Below, piece after piece: positions 61,238-64,000 of a stretch of 64,000 nt of DNA. The DNA lies in assembly GCA_002269645.1 (NCBI GenBank), contig NIVC01000158.1:124001-188000 (forward strand), in the 5' to 3' direction. The position numbers and the translations under genes are program-made. The stretch's first letter is position 1. The number at the start of each line of letters is the position of its first letter. The notes under the pieces are model-generated. The model was not told the origin of the DNA. It did not search any database and saw only the letters and a list, made by a program, of their open reading frames with translations. The stretch comes from Macrostomum lignano. Lineage: Eukaryota.

Positions 61238-61358
61238 CAGCAGCGAACTAATCCTGTTCTGCATCCTGCCAGAGAATCTGTGGAACGATTCTCGCCGCAA
61301 GGCAGCCTTCAGACTGGTCGCGTCGTTCTGCGACGAGCGCCGGGTGCGAATGATCAAG
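61238..61358 (+). CDS. GADD45: GADD45-family protein exon 3
   Basis: LILFCILPE..AAFRLVASFCDERRVRMIK aligns with VVLCLLAA..IHFTLIQAFCCENDINILR (L7Ae fold). TACAG acceptor at 61237 (NAGNAG), GTGCGA donor at 61359. Confidence 0.85.
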
Positions 61359-61449
61359 GTGCGAATTTATTGTTTTATAGTTCGTTTAGGGCACTAGAGA
61401 ACCTCTTCAGTAGCATTCAAGTATTTATATTAGTATAATTAATAGTATT

Positions 61450-61747
61450 AATTGATTGCTCTAACCTGCCCTAATTGGGCCAGATGTGCAACCGACAGCT
61501 CAGCCGCAGCTATTGCGCGGCGCATCTGAAGGCTGCGTACGGCTGTTCAGTCCAAGGACTGGGGGTCGCCACACACACCCTCAATTACCCCAGCTAATGC
61601 TGGCACCCATTTTACAGCTGGGTGAGCTGAAGCAATGCAGAGTTAAGTGTCTTGCTCAAGGACACAGATTGTTTCAGTAGGATCGGGAATCAAACCCCCG
61701 ACTTCCAAGTCGTGAGACCGACTCTTTACCCACTGGGCTACAACTCC
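61450..61747 (-). mobile_element. tRNA-derived CORE-SINE, full length, antisense in GADD45 intron 3
   Basis: The minus strand reads GGAGTTGTAGCCCAGTGGGT (A box) ..GGTTTGATTCCC (B box), then CORE TGTGTCCTTGAGCAAGACACTTAAC..CAGCTGTAAAATGGG and a 3' tail shared with the other copies. Confidence 0.87.
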
Positions 61748-61889
61748 TATATATAGTATATTATTATACTATTATGTAAAACCATAAGAGGGCTCACACC
61801 CAAGAGGGTGTACACTCGCGCTCTCTTCATCAGTGTCAGCGCTGATGAAGTTGGAATTCGCTAATCCCCCCCACGAAAACTCTGCTCAG

Positions 61890-62105
61890 GTTGACGACGA
61901 CCAGTTGGTCAGAAAAATCATTGAGAGGACCAGCAGCTCCCAACTGAGCGCCGGCAAGGCGGACCTGTCCTTCGAGTGCGTCCTGGTGCTGCGCCGCTGG
62001 CCAGATCAGCCCTGCTGCGACGCCGAACTGTTGCGTCATCACGCCAGGTTCCCCGGCCACGATTTCGACAACCTGCCTCTGGTCCGGCTGCTGGAGTCGT
62101 CCTGA
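61890..62105 (+). CDS. GADD45: GADD45-family protein terminal exon
   Basis: CTCAG acceptor at 61889, phase 0. DLSFECVLV resembles DLHCVLV and NLPLVRLLESS resembles WVPVINLPER. TGA at 62103-62105. Total about 176 aa. Confidence 0.82.
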   Translation, partial: VDDDQLVRKIIERTSSSQLSAGKADLSFECVLVLRRWPDQPCCDAELLRHHARFPGHDFDNLPLVRLLESS

Positions 62106-63115
62106 TTGCAGGGTTTTTTTGGGGAGCATCGAATTCGATCTGAAGCTACAGGCTGCCCTCGGGCGGTTAGCTCCGAGGACCCGGTAGCCGCAGGCCAGAG
62201 CGCCTTGGCCAGCGCACGCTTCCGCACTACTTATGACGATCAGTAGTGTATTATTAAACAGTTAGATAAATTTATCGCACGCGTTGTTTCTTGGAAATCG
62301 GAATTTGTAAAGTCCTAAATTGATGGTAGATTTCGACTGTATTTTTGACATCTTCGCATGCTTGACTTGGCAGGCGACTTGATCGATTGCAGTCTGGAAA
62401 TTTGAATTGGCATTGAATTTCATATTTTCACTGGCGTAGTAAGGTAACTGTCTCTGTTGTTATCCATATTTTTGTACTTGCAATTTCATCTCCGACAAAG
62501 TTGAACAGCCCAACTGCTATTTTATACATGTTAAATACTAGCTACAATGATCTCATTTAAGACAAGATTTCATTGCTCCATTCTTATTTGCTAAGACTTC
62601 TTCAACTTTTTGCCAGCATTACGCCTACTACCTGCATCTGTTGTTGTAAATTTTTGTAAATTGTTCGCCCAATTACTTGTTATTTTATTTGTTCAGACAC
62701 GAATTTCTGCTAATGCAAATATTCAAATTTGTCAGCTTTGCTTTTCTATAGTTGCAAATTTTGTTTGACAGATTAAATAAAATTTTAATGTTTTTTATTG
62801 TCGTTTTGTTTGGCGGTTTTTTGTAAAAAATGTGAAGCACTGATTTTACGTTTTTATTTACGAAACGCTCATTATTTGCTTTGACTACTACTTATTAGTA
62901 GATTGCAGTAGTTTGATTAGCACATCTTTTGGTCTATTTAACTTTTAGAATGGGCTCTTATGAAGGTAAGTAAATAAAAATTAACAAAAACAATCGTGAT
63001 TTAAAATCCAGGATGAACTCTTTCAAGTGACGCATGCTTGGCAATTGAAGGAAGTGTTAAACAGGCCTTGTCCTTTCTTGAACAGTTTTAAAAAGTACAT
63101 TGACCGTACTTCCCG

Positions 63116-63619
63116 TGCCTCCCAAGTCCTGAAGCTTTACCGACTCAAACCTCCCAAGGCCTGAAGCTTCACCGACTCAAACCTCCCAAGGCCTGAGCTT
63201 CACCGACTCAAACCTCCCAAGGCCTGAGCTTCACCGACTCAAAACCTCCCAAGGCCTGAAGCTTCACCGACTCAAACCTCCCAAGGCCTGAAGCTTCACC
63301 GACTCAAACCTCCCAAGGCCTGAGCTTCACCGACTCAAAACCTCCCAAAGCCTGAAGCTTCACCGACTCAAACCTCCCAAGGCCTGAAGCTTCACCGACT
63401 CAAACCTCCCAAGGCCTGAAGCTTCACCGACTCAAACCTACCAAGGCCTGAGCTTCACCGACTCAAACCTCCCAAGGCCTGAAGCTTCACCGACTCAAAC
63501 CTCCCAAGGCCTGAAGCTTCACCGACTCAAACCTCCCAAGGCCTGAAGCTTCACCGACTCAAACCTCCCAAGGCCTGAAGCTTCACCGACTCAAACCTCC
63601 CAAGGCCTGAAGCTTCACT
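63116..63619. repeat. 32-bp minisatellite (CTCCCAAGGCCTGAAGCTTCACCGACTCAAAC), about 15 units
   Basis: Tandem 31-33 bp units with no spacers. Confidence 0.96.
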
Positions 63620-64000
63620 GCCTCCGTCCTCTAAGAACCAAAAGTTCACTAACCTGAGCTAAGAGTCACAAACTAACCACAGTAAAATATGCTTAACTTG
63701 CAATGCTGGCTGTGAATGTGCGAATAACATAATACATGTCCATAATTTATAACAGTATAATTTTGCAGTTCCAATTTTCTCCCGAATAATAACTGACAGC
63801 TTTCGCAATTTGCATCAGCAGTTTATGCATTAATTATTATTGTTTTTGCGCATAAAAATTTCAAGTACGAGATAAATACGTAAAGTGTAGGTCTGCAGGG
63901 GAGAGGTGTCGTACCTGAGAGTTGTATCTTCAAATTCGATCCGTTTGATTGGCTGTAGGGCGAGCGGCACCCAGAAGCAATTGTTTGCAACGGTTTTATA

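Noticed and set aside
61680-61747. tRNA gene
   Set aside because: A/B boxes are present but the acceptor stem does not close, and the sequence runs into a CORE domain shared by dispersed copies, so it is a SINE head.
63116-63619. CRISPR-like arrays (30-39 bp units here and elsewhere)
   Set aside because: There are no unique spacers between repeats, no cas genes, and the DNA is eukaryotic and spliceosomal.

Overview
AT-rich animal (not prokaryotic) genomic DNA with GC-rich exons and minisatellite-filled introns. The style suggests a free-living flatworm such as Macrostomum (inference). Five spliced genes can be built by hand: (1) the 5' end of a MARK/Par-1 kinase on the minus strand (exons 7361-7311, 5729-5436, 105-57; continues off-window); (2) a complete ARID4A/B-like gene (15243-27814); (3) Rab9 (29513-30175), which has no in-frame ATG upstream of its P-loop; (4) an uncharacterised nuclear protein with an NLS, an EDGEV (ARS2-recruiting-like) motif and an Acinus-type RSB motif, present twice in a 10-13 kb tandem duplication (33603-43906 and 43914-~56514); (5) GADD45 (60820-62105). 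Other elements: a minimal type I hammerhead ribozyme (11071-11128), four tRNA-derived CORE-SINE copies, a MITE with an 8-bp TSD, an internally deleted Tc1/IS630-like element next to the Rab9 stop, two strongly CpG-depleted domains and about 20 tandem arrays. Most long ORFs in the supplied track are repeat artefacts. All coordinates and counts are manual, and no database search was run.
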